Numbered from the stretch's first letter, positions 9,010 through 18,026 are shown. The stretch: DNA of 34,225 nt from a virus (IMGVR_UViG_3300042109_000062:1-34225); one strand, 5' to 3'. Numbers and translations are program-made. Notes: a model not told the origin generated them from the sequence alone.

Positions 9010-10326
9010 TCACGAGGCAGCGGTCTTAAGGGCGATCACGGGGCCAACGGTGCTGGTGTCGCCGAGCGAGTGGAAGTTCGCCGTGGCACGAACGACGCCG
9101 GAAACCAGCGTTTGGTCGAGCTCGACGAACCGCTCCGAAGACACCCGCAGCTGGTAGCCCTGGCGGATACCAAGAGCACCGGCCATAGCGAGGTCGCCGA
9201 AGAGCACCTTGATCTTCGACACGTCCGAGCCGAGCGTGGCGTTCATCGGATGCACGAGCACCACGGGGTAGCCCATGAACGTCAGGCCGAAACCGTTGGC
9301 CACGCTCGCGTTGCCGCCCTGCGCCAGATCCAGCCGCTGCATCGCGGCGTGGTAGCCAGCCGGCGAGATGTACCAGCGGGCACCAGGCAGGCTGTACCGA
9401 GGAGCCTTCGCGAGCACCGACAGGAAGTCTTCCTTGTCGAGCGTCTCAAAGCTCACGTTTCCGCTCGCGGCCGTCACCACGCTGGCCGAGTAGGCCGAGG
9501 TGTTGATCTTCGTCGCAACGCCGTGATGGCCGCCGTAGCTCGAGGTGCCGTCGCCGATGAACGCGGCCTCGTCGAGAGCCTTGGCAACCGCCAGGCTGTG
9601 CTCGGTCGCGATCAGGTCGGCCACGCCAACGCCATCGGCGAAGAGCTCGTTGCTGACCTTGGTGGCCACGCCGAACTTCTGGGCGACGAGCTGCACCTGC
9701 GTGCCGGTCATGTCGCTGTAGGTGAACTCGGCATTCTCGCCCATCCACGCGCCCGAGACGCCGCTGACCCGCTTCGGGATCGACAGCACGTCGGACGACA
9801 TCGAGAAGTTCTGCAGGGCAGTCGGGGCCACTCCGTACGTCTCGACGTTGCGGATGACGGTGCTGGACAGTTCATCCGGCACGCTGAAGCCACCGGCCGA
9901 GTTGACTCCCTCAACCATCGTGCGGGCCTCAACGCCGTGGTCGTTGCACCACCGACGAGCATCGGCGTCACCGCCGTAGGTCGCCTGCAGCCACTTGCCG
10001 ACCCGGTAAGCCTCTTCGTGGGAGCGAAACGCCTTGAGCGTCCGGCTGTCGCGGACGGGCTCAACGCGGGGCTTCGCCTCGGCGCGAACCTCGGGAGCCG
10101 GGCTGCAACGCTCCGCGACGCTGCGAAGGTTCTTGGCCGACTCGGCGACCTTTGCCTCGAAGTCGATCTGGCCGGCGAGCTTCTGGGCACGCTCGGTCAG
10201 TCCCTTCAGCTCCATCTCGCGGGCGTTGGTGTCGCCGGCGTTGTCGGTGGTGTCGAGGGAGGTCAGAGCCTCGATGCGAGTCGCGACCTCAGTGGCCTCG
10301 TTGCGGAGGGTGGTGAGCCGGTCCAT
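9010..10326 (-). CDS. Major capsid protein, HK97 family
   Basis: N-terminal coiled-coil delta domain, AGGFSVPDELSSTVI, KVSNELFAD, AFIGDG, FMGYPV and LFGDL motifs. Confidence 0.96.
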   Translation of the reverse strand: MDRLTTLRNEATEVATRIEALTSLDTTDNAGDTNAREMELKGLTERAQKLAGQIDFEAKVAESAKNLRSVAERCSPAPEVRAEAKPRVEPVRDSRTLKAFRSHEEAYRVGKWLQATYGGDADARRWCNDHGVEARTMVEGVNSAGGFSVPDELSSTVIRNVETYGVAPTALQNFSMSSDVLSIPKRVSGVSGAWMGENAEFTYSDMTGTQVQLVAQKFGVATKVSNELFADGVGVADLIATEHSLAVAKALDEAAFIGDGTSSYGGHHGVATKINTSAYSASVVTAASGNVSFETLDKEDFLSVLAKAPRYSLPGARWYISPAGYHAAMQRLDLAQGGNASVANGFGLTFMGYPVVLVHPMNATLGSDVSKIKVLFGDLAMAGALGIRQGYQLRVSSERFVELDQTLVSGVVRATANFHSLGDTSTVGPVIALKTAAS

Positions 10327-10362
10327 ACGTGATGTCTCCAGGGCGTGATTGCCGTGGAGTTC

Positions 10363-10393
10363 ACGATGCCACTACGACCGGGGTGTCTTGCAG
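10363..10393 (-). promoter_or_regulatory. Putative late promoter CTGCAAG-N18-CATCGT upstream of MCP
   Basis: One of four copies of the CTGCAAG-N18-YANNNT motif. Confidence 0.6.
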
Positions 10394-10542
10394 AACCGCA
10401 CTTGAGAAAGTGTTGTTTTCACAAACGCCACCGCACGAGCACCGCACCGTGGGCAACGCAGATACCGCTGCCGTTCATCGCCGCATGCACGGCTTGAGCG
10501 ACACCGCAACTTCTCGCCGCAGGTGCAGCGGGCCTCAGACAT
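10372..10542 (-). CDS. Small zinc-finger protein, Ogr/Delta-like (56 aa)
   Basis: Translated by hand: MSEARCTCGEKLRCRSSRACGDERQRYLRCPRCGARAVAFVKTTLSQVRFCKTPRS. Overlaps the protease stop. CxC...SSR...RYLRCxxC pattern. Confidence 0.65.
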   Translation of the reverse strand: MSEARCTCGEKLRCRSSRACGDERQRYLRCPRCGARAVAFVKTTLSQVRFCKTPRS

Positions 10543-11170
10543 TGCGGAGCCTCAGCATGGCGGCCCACGCCTGGGCGACGCCACGCATGGCCGAACGCAC
10601 GGCAGGCGGGGCCGCTTGCTCACCCTGCGACGCCAGCCATGCCTCGTAGGAACGCATGGCCACGCCGGCACTCGTCTGCGGGTACGCCGGCACCAGCACC
10701 GGCCCAACGTCGTAGAGGCCCGACACCTCGCGGATCTGCCGCACGGCCTTGCCGTCCTCGCCGGTGCGGAATGACTCGTTCTTCGGGTCCACCGTGAAGG
10801 CGAACGACGAGCCACGCACGTCACGCCGCTGGATGAGCTCGAGCACGTCGGCCCGGCTCACGGGCGGCGTTACCACGTACTTCAGCCCCTTATCGTCGCT
10901 GGACAACTCCAGCGTGCCGCTGGACGTGCGGCCCAGCACGATGTTGCTGTCGTGGTTGAAGAGTGCGACCACGTCGCCCTTGCCACGCTGGCGGTTCAGA
11001 ATCTTGTCGAACGCACCCGGCAGGATTTCCTCTTTGAATCCGCCCAGGTCGAGGCTCAGCCGGTTGTACACGGCGGCATAGCCCACGATGGCGGCCCGGC
11101 CGTCGGCACGGCTCTCGATCACGAGCTCGTCGTCGTGCTCAAAGGCGAAGTCACGGCGTTCAATCTCCAT
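10535..11170 (-). CDS. Prohead protease, HK97 family
   Basis: IVGYAAVYN, EEILPGAF, ALFNHD, LGRT, GSSFAF and VLVPAYP motifs. Confidence 0.95.
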   Translation of the reverse strand: MEIERRDFAFEHDDELVIESRADGRAAIVGYAAVYNRLSLDLGGFKEEILPGAFDKILNRQRGKGDVVALFNHDSNIVLGRTSSGTLELSSDDKGLKYVVTPPVSRADVLELIQRRDVRGSSFAFTVDPKNESFRTGEDGKAVRQIREVSGLYDVGPVLVPAYPQTSAGVAMRSYEAWLASQGEQAAPPAVRSAMRGVAQAWAAMLRLRNV

Positions 11171-12458
11171 CTGTGCTGTCCTCCTGCTCGGCCTGGTCTT
11201 CGGCGTCGTCCTCTGGGCTGTCCTCGGCTTCGACCACCACCGGCGGCTCGGCCATCGGCTCCGCTGCCGGCGGCTCCTCGCCAGCCTTGTCCAGCGTGGT
11301 CATGTTCAGTTGGATGAAGTGCTTGTCGCCCTCGGGGCCGAGCGGGTTGAGATTCTCCATCTCACGCACTTCGTTAATGCTCATCCACCCGTTCTGGATC
11401 GCCGAGACGTAGTAGGCGGAGCGGCTCGCATGGTCGCCACGCAGCAGGCCGCTGACGTTGTGCTCGGCAAAGTACGTCTCATCGTCGTCGATGAGGTCAC
11501 GGGCAATCGCCGCTTCCCACCGCTTGAGATGCGGCAGCAGGCAGTGCTGCACGAACTCCGTGCCCTGCACTTCGATGTTGCTGTAGGTCGAGCGGGTCAG
11601 GTCTTGAATCATGTGCGGCGGCACACGGAACGCCCGGCAGATTTCGATGACTTGATACTGGCGAGTCTCAAGGAACTGCGCCGCCTCGTTGCTCTGCGAC
11701 AACTCGTGGGCCTTCACGCCGTTGGGCAGCACGGCCGTGCGGTGAGCCCGGTCGCTGCCACGGTGCATCCGCTCCCACTGTTCACGCAGACGCTCGGCCG
11801 CCTCCACGGGAATCGGGTTGTCGCTCTCCAGCACGATGCCGGGCCGGGCACCGTTGCCGAAGTACGTGGCACCGTGGGCCTCCAACGCCTGAGCCAGGCC
11901 GATGGCGTTCTGGAACAGCCGGTACGTCGGGATTGGGTGAATGCCGTCGCTCGTCGTGTACCGCAGGGCGAAGATCTGCTCCTGGCGGTACACCGTCTGC
12001 CGGCCATCCGGCTCGCGGTACAGGTAGCGGATCTGCCCGTTCTCCAGCCGCTCCTCCTCCATCCGACTGCTGTGCAGCGGCCAGAGCTCGCCAACCGTGC
12101 CACGCGGGCCGGGCCGCTTCTCTGCGTACGACGCGCCATAGTGCAGGTAGAGCCCCGTCATCCAATCGCGGAACTCCTGAGCCGTCTGCCACGGATTCGG
12201 CTGCGTGTGCAACAGACGGTACAGCGGGTGCTCGGGCACCTTACGCTTGCCGCCAGTGGCGACTCGCTCGTACAGATGCAGCGGCAGCGACGAGACCGAA
12301 TCTGAGATGACTCGGATGCACGCCGTGTAGGCCGAGCAGGCCATGGACGTGTCGGCGTTGACCCGGATGCCGGACGACGTGCGGCCACCGCCCATCTCGC
12401 CCCAGTCGATGCCACGGAGCTCGTGCATCCGGTAGTCGTTGGTGGCTGTCTCGTTCAT
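11160..12458 (-). CDS. Portal protein, HK97 family
   Basis: CIRVISDSVSSLPL, QPNPWQT, FGNGARP, AQFLETR, ICRAFRVPP and INEVREMENL motifs. Confidence 0.96.
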   Translation of the reverse strand: MNETATNDYRMHELRGIDWGEMGGGRTSSGIRVNADTSMACSAYTACIRVISDSVSSLPLHLYERVATGGKRKVPEHPLYRLLHTQPNPWQTAQEFRDWMTGLYLHYGASYAEKRPGPRGTVGELWPLHSSRMEEERLENGQIRYLYREPDGRQTVYRQEQIFALRYTTSDGIHPIPTYRLFQNAIGLAQALEAHGATYFGNGARPGIVLESDNPIPVEAAERLREQWERMHRGSDRAHRTAVLPNGVKAHELSQSNEAAQFLETRQYQVIEICRAFRVPPHMIQDLTRSTYSNIEVQGTEFVQHCLLPHLKRWEAAIARDLIDDDETYFAEHNVSGLLRGDHASRSAYYVSAIQNGWMSINEVREMENLNPLGPEGDKHFIQLNMTTLDKAGEEPPAAEPMAEPPVVVEAEDSPEDDAEDQAEQEDSTDGD

Positions 12459-13930
12459 AGGGTGATGATGTCCCAGGTGCCTGCCGTAGAAGCCGACGTT
12501 GCGTAGACGCCAGCCGCCATGGTCAGTGCCACGATGCCGTCAATCCGCTCGTGACTTCGTTGCTTGCTCGGCTTGATGTTCTGCCCGTCTGTCTGAATCG
12601 CCACGTTTCCGGCCTGCCACGTCAGCACCTCGTGCCCGCCGTGCAGGAGTTTTCCACCGACGATCCACGCCTCAATCTGCTTGGCTGGCGCAGACATGGA
12701 GCCGTAGCCCTGTCCGAAACCTACAACGGGCAACCCGTCCTCTTGCAGCAATTGCGTGAGATGAGTCGAGTTCCAGCGGTCCACTGCTATCTGCCGAAAC
12801 CCGTACTTCTTGGCCAGGTTGTTGATGTCGGCACGCACCTGCGAGTAGTCCGTGACGTTGCCTTGCGTGACGTGCAGCAGTCCCTTCCGCTGCCACACGT
12901 CATACGGCACCTTATCCCTGCGGACCCGCTGATGCAGGTTCTCTTCAGGAATCCAGAAGTGCGGCTCCACCCAGAAGGTGCCGTCATCCAGCGGAAACAG
13001 AATCACGAACGCCGTCGTGTCGAACGTCGTGGCCAGGTCGAGACCGGCAAAGCAGTCACGGCCGGCAAGCGGCACCGGGCACGGCGTGTTGCCCTGTGCC
13101 CAGCGATCCATGCGAAGCCAGCGTGTGTCCTGCTCCGTCCACTGGTTCAAGTACAACTGCCGGAACGTGTTCTCATACGTGGGCATTTCCATGGCCCGCT
13201 GGCACTCGCTCCGCAGAAAGTCAAGCTTGATCGAAACACCAAGATTCGGATTAGCAACAGCCCACGTCTTTTCGTCCTTCCAATCGGCAGCAGGATCCGC
13301 ACAGTAGATTGCCGGCAGAAATGTCTCGTCCTTGATCGCCCCAGTGCGAACAGCCTCGGCGTACTTCCACACCTCCCAGCACACAGACTTCTTGTCGTGG
13401 CCAGCCGTGGTCAACGCCACAGTGAGCGGGTTGCGTCTGGCCCCCTGGCTCGAAAGCATCACTTCCCACATCTCACGATTGCTGACGTGGAGCTCGTCAA
13501 AAATCACAGCGTGAGCCGAAAGGCCGTGCTGGATTCCGGCCTCGGCAGAGAGTGCCTTGTACGTGGCGTGCGTTGACTCCCGCACGATGGCGTTGCGGTA
13601 GACCTTGAGATGCTGCCGCAGCACCGGCGACTGCTCCACGGCGATCCTGGCGGTATCGAATACAAGGCGCGCCTGATCCCTTGAGGCAGCACACGAGTAC
13701 ACTTCGGCACCGGGCTCGTCCTCGAGCATGCACCTGAGTGCGATGCCAGCAGCCAGCGTGCTCTTGCCGTTCTTGCGGGGCAGGGCCAGCAGCGAGGTGC
13801 GAACCTTTCGCCGGCCACCTTCCTCGGCGAACAACGCCCGCAGGTAGTCCCGCTGCCACGGCTGGAGCAGGAACGGCTTGCCGCCGAGCTCGCCCTTGGC
13901 GTGCGTCAGGTGCTTTTCGAAGAACCGCAC
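12455..13930 (-). CDS. terL: Terminase large subunit (start uncertain)
   Basis: Walker A PRKNGKST, Walker B VIFDELH, TTAG coupling motif, nuclease motifs GLDLA and RIDG. First GTG after terS is at 13930. Confidence 0.95.
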   Translation of the reverse strand: MRFFEKHLTHAKGELGGKPFLLQPWQRDYLRALFAEEGGRRKVRTSLLALPRKNGKSTLAAGIALRCMLEDEPGAEVYSCAASRDQARLVFDTARIAVEQSPVLRQHLKVYRNAIVRESTHATYKALSAEAGIQHGLSAHAVIFDELHVSNREMWEVMLSSQGARRNPLTVALTTAGHDKKSVCWEVWKYAEAVRTGAIKDETFLPAIYCADPAADWKDEKTWAVANPNLGVSIKLDFLRSECQRAMEMPTYENTFRQLYLNQWTEQDTRWLRMDRWAQGNTPCPVPLAGRDCFAGLDLATTFDTTAFVILFPLDDGTFWVEPHFWIPEENLHQRVRRDKVPYDVWQRKGLLHVTQGNVTDYSQVRADINNLAKKYGFRQIAVDRWNSTHLTQLLQEDGLPVVGFGQGYGSMSAPAKQIEAWIVGGKLLHGGHEVLTWQAGNVAIQTDGQNIKPSKQRSHERIDGIVALTMAAGVYATSASTAGTWDIITL

Positions 13931-13964
13931 CGCCAGGCACGATGAGCACTTGTTGCACGGCTTA

Positions 13965-14423
13965 TCAGCCGAACATGAGGCGGTCTTCGTCGTCGTTGGA
14001 CGCTGCTTGCTCAACGGCAGAGACTCTCGCCAAAGCGGACGCCGTAAGGCCAAACTGCTCGGCGAACCGCAGCATGTGCAGGCGGGCGTCCTTCTTTCGG
14101 TACCAGGCCGGGTGATTCATCACCCTACCTTTGTCGTCCATGAACGTGGCCCCGTGCTGCTTCAGTTCCACCTCGGCCTTGACCATGTCTGCCAGGGCGT
14201 CGCAGTAGGCGGCCAGCGTGTGCTGGTGCCGCATGCTCATCACCTTGGACGCCTCAAGCATCGGCACGATGCGTTGCCACTCGGCTTGGCCGATCTCGCA
14301 CAGGTAGCTAGGCGGCTCTGGAATTCCAGCCGGTGCCTCAATGCCGCTCTTGTGCGGGCCTCTAACGCGAGAGCCCCGGAGCTTAAGAATCGGCTTAGGC
14401 GTCGGCTTTCGGCCCTTACCCAT
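13965..14423 (-). CDS. terS: Terminase small subunit, P27 family
   Basis: GRKPTP...LKLRG, PPSYL, LAAYC, NHPA and FGLTASA motifs. TGATG overlap with the ligase stop. Confidence 0.92.
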   Translation of the reverse strand: MGKGRKPTPKPILKLRGSRVRGPHKSGIEAPAGIPEPPSYLCEIGQAEWQRIVPMLEASKVMSMRHQHTLAAYCDALADMVKAEVELKQHGATFMDDKGRVMNHPAWYRKKDARLHMLRFAEQFGLTASALARVSAVEQAASNDDEDRLMFG

Positions 14424-15172
14424 CACGCTATCCGCAGGAACGCTGGAAACCGCGGCACGCCGGCGTCTGTCATCTGCTGGAACTTGAACGTGAACACGGT
14501 GCCCACCCGTGGCGGCTTACGCCGCAGCGAGTCCGTCAGCCCTGACGATACACGGAACACGGTGCCGTCTTGCATCCGTGCCACCAGAGCACCAACGCTT
14601 CGGCGGTTGCGGCCCGTGCCCGGCTCGTACCCGATCACCGTGGCCTCAGCGTCCAAGAACGTCTTGACCTTCAGGAGCGATGCCGACCGCTTCCGCTGGT
14701 ACGCACTGCCCGGCTCGCGGAGCATCACGCCTTCGCCGCCAGCCCGCACGATCTTGCACAGCACGGCAGCGAGCTCGTCACGACCACAGCACCGCTGCTG
14801 CTCAAGCACGAACGCAGGGCCGGTGCTTCCTGCCAGCACGTCACGCAGCAGCTGCTGCCGCTCCTCGAAACCACCAGTCGCCGACGGGGCGTCGAACACG
14901 GCGTAGCGGATCGGCCGCCACGAATCAGCGTCGATCCGGCGGTACGCACCGACGACGCTCTGGAACGTGCCGCGCCCGGCCCACAGTTCCCCGTCAAGGC
15001 TGACGCCACGGGGCAGGGACGACACAAAAGACGCCGGGGCGTTGATCTCGTTGCCGGTCCTAGTCGCGAGCGTGTAGCCGTCCCACACCGCACGCACGCC
15101 GTCGAGCTTCTCGCTCATCCACCAGCCGGCCGGGTCGCTGCCTGACCAGTTCTTCGCCAGCATCACCGACAT
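14423..15172 (-). CDS. ATP-dependent DNA ligase, minimal (LigE-like) type
   Basis: Motif I SEKLDGVR, LDGELW, VFDAP, GEGVMLR, LLKVK and an OB domain ending PRFPAFLRI. No signal peptide. Confidence 0.95.
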   Translation of the reverse strand: MSVMLAKNWSGSDPAGWWMSEKLDGVRAVWDGYTLATRTGNEINAPASFVSSLPRGVSLDGELWAGRGTFQSVVGAYRRIDADSWRPIRYAVFDAPSATGGFEERQQLLRDVLAGSTGPAFVLEQQRCCGRDELAAVLCKIVRAGGEGVMLREPGSAYQRKRSASLLKVKTFLDAEATVIGYEPGTGRNRRSVGALVARMQDGTVFRVSSGLTDSLRRKPPRVGTVFTFKFQQMTDAGVPRFPAFLRIA

Positions 15173-15663
15173 GCGACAGCCTCCACGTTGAGATCAGCCA
15201 GCGTGATCGTCGCCGGCTCGCAGTCCACGGGCGAAATAGTCCAGCAGTACCAACGGCCGTCGGGATGCCTTGACGGGGGCAGCACCGACTGTGCGGGCTT
15301 GCCGCCGAATCGGATTTCTAGGCCGCCGTGTTTTCGCCAGCCGCACGGCGGCACGGGATCGCTGAGCCTGAAGATGCGGTGCTCACCACGCCCGCTGGTG
15401 TAGGTCGGAGTGCGAGCGTCTGTCAGGCCCAGCTGCTCGAGCAGCCGGCGGCCGGCGGCGTCATCGTATTCAATGTCGATCAGCGATCCGTGCCCAAGCA
15501 TGATGCCGACGTTGTAGCCGCCGGCAATCCACTTGCCGATCAAGTCTGCCATCGTCGTGGCGAGCGTGTGCCACGCCATGCCAATCGGCATCTTGCCGCG
15601 CTTTGCCACACGCACGCATGCAGCACCGTGGCCAAGCAATGCGAGCAGTTCGTCATCAACCAT
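15163..15663 (-). CDS. Stand-alone bifunctional DNA primase/polymerase (Prim-Pol) N-terminal domain protein
   Basis: GKMP, YNVGI, LIDIEYD, TSGRGEHRIF and QSVLPPSRHPDG..Y motifs. ATG at 15663 preceded by GGAGGT. Confidence 0.8.
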   Translation of the reverse strand: MVDDELLALLGHGAACVRVAKRGKMPIGMAWHTLATTMADLIGKWIAGGYNVGIMLGHGSLIDIEYDDAAGRRLLEQLGLTDARTPTYTSGRGEHRIFRLSDPVPPCGWRKHGGLEIRFGGKPAQSVLPPSRHPDGRWYCWTISPVDCEPATITLADLNVEAVACR

Positions 15664-15714
15664 GCGGCACCTCCGATGACGCAAACATACGCTCATCATC
15701 GGCCCATTTTCAAC

Positions 15715-15985
15715 GGGTCGTTGCGTGCATTTCGTGCCTGGAAAACAGGCTCAAAAGTGCTGCGGCAACGCGCACTAAAAACGTGCGATTACGCATCACA
15801 CGAGCGTCTTGCAGGTGCCGATTTTCTTGAAGGCTGCGACACACGCACATGCGTCCGAGAGCCGCCAGGCGTCACGCCACGCACTAGGGGCCACCATTTT
15901 CGGCCACGCATGCGTGGCGGAACGATGGTTTTCCTCAGACGCTGCCGGTATGGCAGCAGGCACCCTCCCAGGCTTCACCAGTTCG
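15715..15985. other. Probable cos/packaging initiation region
   Basis: About 270 bp with no convincing ORF, just downstream of the HNH gene and upstream of the terS operon (canonical cos position in HK97-like phages). Contains the perfect 16-bp palindrome GCCACGCATGCGTGGC (15903-15918). Confidence 0.5.
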
Positions 15986-15987
15986 CG

Positions 15988-16320
15988 TTAGCGGGCGTCG
16001 CGATGTGTCTTGCGTGTGTGGCATCCATGGCACAGACACTGGCCTGCAGCAACGTCGTAGCGGCTCCTGCCGTCCATGCACCGATCCGTGCCTTCCATCA
16101 CTGGCGACACATGGTCTGCATGGGCTTGCCCCTTTTGTGTGCAGACCACACCACAGGACTGGCACTGCCACGCATCCCGCGTGAGCACGGCCTGCCTCCA
16201 CTTCTTGTGGGCCACTGAGCAATAGCCACGGGCTGCCGCGTTGGGCCTGGTGCTTTCGTCTCGCTGTGGGCGTGACGCACGCAGACGCAGCGGCCTGTGG
16301 CATGGGATGCGTTGGGGCAT
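15988..16320 (-). CDS. HNH endonuclease (packaging-associated, HK97 gp74-like)
   Basis: AARGY...WRQAVLTRDAWQCQSCG...HADHVSP...QCLCHGCHTRKT. Confidence 0.9.
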   Translation of the reverse strand: MPQRIPCHRPLRLRASRPQRDESTRPNAAARGYCSVAHKKWRQAVLTRDAWQCQSCGVVCTQKGQAHADHVSPVMEGTDRCMDGRSRYDVAAGQCLCHGCHTRKTHRDAR

Positions 16321-16676
16321 TACGACTTGAGCGACACGATGCCGGCCGTGCCCGTGCTGTTGGTCGTGGCCGACACGATCTTCAAGAACGACACGCCGAA
16401 CACTGCATCAGGCAGGGCATAGATGCGTCCATCTGTGCTCGAGGGGGCCAGCGTGATGTCTGCCACCGAGCCATCCGCTGCGTACATGCGGCGGAATGCG
16501 CCATCTACCGTGTTGCTGCCCCACATCTGCAGCGTGCTGCTATTAGTGCTCATCGTGCCCAACGACACGACACCACCAGCCATGTCGTCGAGACGCAGTG
16601 TGGTAGCGAGAGTGGTTGTCGAATACAGCGTGACGTTGACATCACGCTCGTACCGCTTGATCTTCACATGGCTCAT
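16320..16676 (-). CDS. Hypothetical beta-rich, probably virion protein
   Basis: 118 aa, T/S-rich, AGGAG SD, downstream of a late-promoter motif. Confidence 0.7.
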   Translation of the reverse strand: MSHVKIKRYERDVNVTLYSTTTLATTLRLDDMAGGVVSLGTMSTNSSTLQMWGSNTVDGAFRRMYAADGSVADITLAPSSTDGRIYALPDAVFGVSFLKIVSATTNSTGTAGIVSLKS

Positions 16677-16725
16677 GGCTTATCTCCTGTGGCTCGGGGC
16701 ATGGCCCGTATCGTGGCCTGCTCAC

Positions 16726-16756
16726 ACTGTAGGCGGAATCGGCTGGATTCTTGCAG
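16726..16756 (-). promoter_or_regulatory. Putative late promoter CTGCAAG-N18-TACAGT
   Basis: Intergenic copy of the four-copy motif. Confidence 0.65.
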
Positions 16757-17038
16757 TTATGCGTCCAGCGTCACCATCGTTGACGCATACACAGACGCGG
16801 TGATTTCCTCGACGACGCCAGACTCTATGAGTTGCGGAAGCAGATCCACGGCAACGGTAAACGTGCAAAACTCATCTGGAACTGCCACCATGCACCGCCC
16901 TCGAGTGTCCCTGGTGGCTTCTGCTGCTGGTGGCATGCAGGTCGTGGTGCCGGTTGCTGGGCTCGGCAATCCCCACGCCTGGTCTAGCGTGCCACGAACC
17001 TGCTCATACGTTGCCGCTTGCGACCGAAAATACCTCAT
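16757..17038 (-). CDS. Hypothetical protein (93 aa)
   Basis: MRYFRSQAATYEQVR..., ATGA overlap with the LamG-like gene. Confidence 0.7.
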   Translation of the reverse strand: MRYFRSQAATYEQVRGTLDQAWGLPSPATGTTTCMPPAAEATRDTRGRCMVAVPDEFCTFTVAVDLLPQLIESGVVEEITASVYASTMVTLDA

Positions 17039-17820
17039 GCGATGGTGACTCCCCATTTCTTGCCGAGATACTTTTCAACCGCAGACCTCTGCGTGCTGGT
17101 CAGGATCGCGGAATAGATCAGGATTTCGCACAGCGTCATGCCGTAGGTGCGACTTGAGTTAAAGCAGTCGCAGCCGACTGAAAAGTTCTTTGCGCCTGCT
17201 GCCGTGCTTGCCGAAAAGATGGCCAGCACTGCCACGTCGGTGGTATTTGGAAACGGAGTCACTGAATATGCGTCATTGCCAATGCCGGTAACGCTGCCCT
17301 TTGCTACAGAGGAGCCGTTCCTCCAAAACGTAACGCTTGCAGAAGGCGCCGGGTTTAGGCCAAGCTCTCCTGGCGCGGCGACGTTGTTTGATCCAACAGT
17401 GAGCGTGAACGCTGTATCAGAGTTTGCAGTCAGTGCCGAAAGATTTGCTGCTGCGTTGGTATTGGTCGCGCGGTACGAGATAATGGCACCATACTGCGCT
17501 GGCGTGCCGTCTCGCCTGGCGACGATAAACATGGTTTCGTTGGAAAACGACCCGCCCATGCAGGACAGGTAGTGGTTCACGCCGTCAAACACCAGCGCAC
17601 TCTTGCCGTTGATCGTAGCCGTCCGCGTCGGTTGATCCAGGCCCACAGACTGCACAAGTGTGCGGCTGTTGCCGCTTTTGTCTGCCCATGCGCTGACGCC
17701 AGTTGCGGTCGTGATCGTCGTCGAGTCGCTGGCGTCGTACCATGCCGCAAGGCCGCTGATGCTTTTCGGGTTGAGGCCCGTTGCTTGTGGCCGCAATAGT
17801 CTCGGGCTCATCGGACTCAT
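17035..17820 (-). CDS. LamG/concanavalin-A-like beta-sandwich protein (putative adhesin/virion appendage)
   Basis: LAAWYDASD, WADKSGN, LVFDG, EILIY and VEKYLGKKW motifs. Start MSPMSPRLLRP overlaps the upstream stop. Confidence 0.75.
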   Translation of the reverse strand: MSPMSPRLLRPQATGLNPKSISGLAAWYDASDSTTITTATGVSAWADKSGNSRTLVQSVGLDQPTRTATINGKSALVFDGVNHYLSCMGGSFSNETMFIVARRDGTPAQYGAIISYRATNTNAAANLSALTANSDTAFTLTVGSNNVAAPGELGLNPAPSASVTFWRNGSSVAKGSVTGIGNDAYSVTPFPNTTDVAVLAIFSASTAAGAKNFSVGCDCFNSSRTYGMTLCEILIYSAILTSTQRSAVEKYLGKKWGVTIA

Positions 17821-18026
17821 CGAGTCACCTCGCAGCGTCCTGTTTCGCACTTCGCTTGCACCGCTTCCACGCTCGCCACGCCATCACGAACAGCAGCCTT
17901 ATCCACCACGGCTGCCCGTGCAGCACTAACCGCAGCGGCTGCTCGAGCGGGCTCAGTGGCGAGCTTGTGCGGGTCAGCAGAAAGCCACACCAGGAATGAA
18001 AGGACACACTGCCAGAGCCACATCAT
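17817..18026 (-). CDS. Small membrane/secreted protein (69 aa)
   Basis: MMWLWQCVLSFLVWLSADP..., overlapping stop/start on both sides. Confidence 0.6.
   Translation of the reverse strand: MMWLWQCVLSFLVWLSADPHKLATEPARAAAAVSAARAAVVDKAAVRDGVASVEAVQAKCETGRCEVTR

Noticed and set aside
8986-13576. Long + strand ORFs (448, 405 and 341 aa) opposite capsid, portal and terL
   Set aside because: Antisense shadow frames expected from high-GC codon bias. They have no recognisable motifs.
15808-15814. Fifth CTGCAAG late-promoter copy
   Set aside because: No YANNNT hexamer at the 18-nt spacing. The copy at 232-238 also fails.
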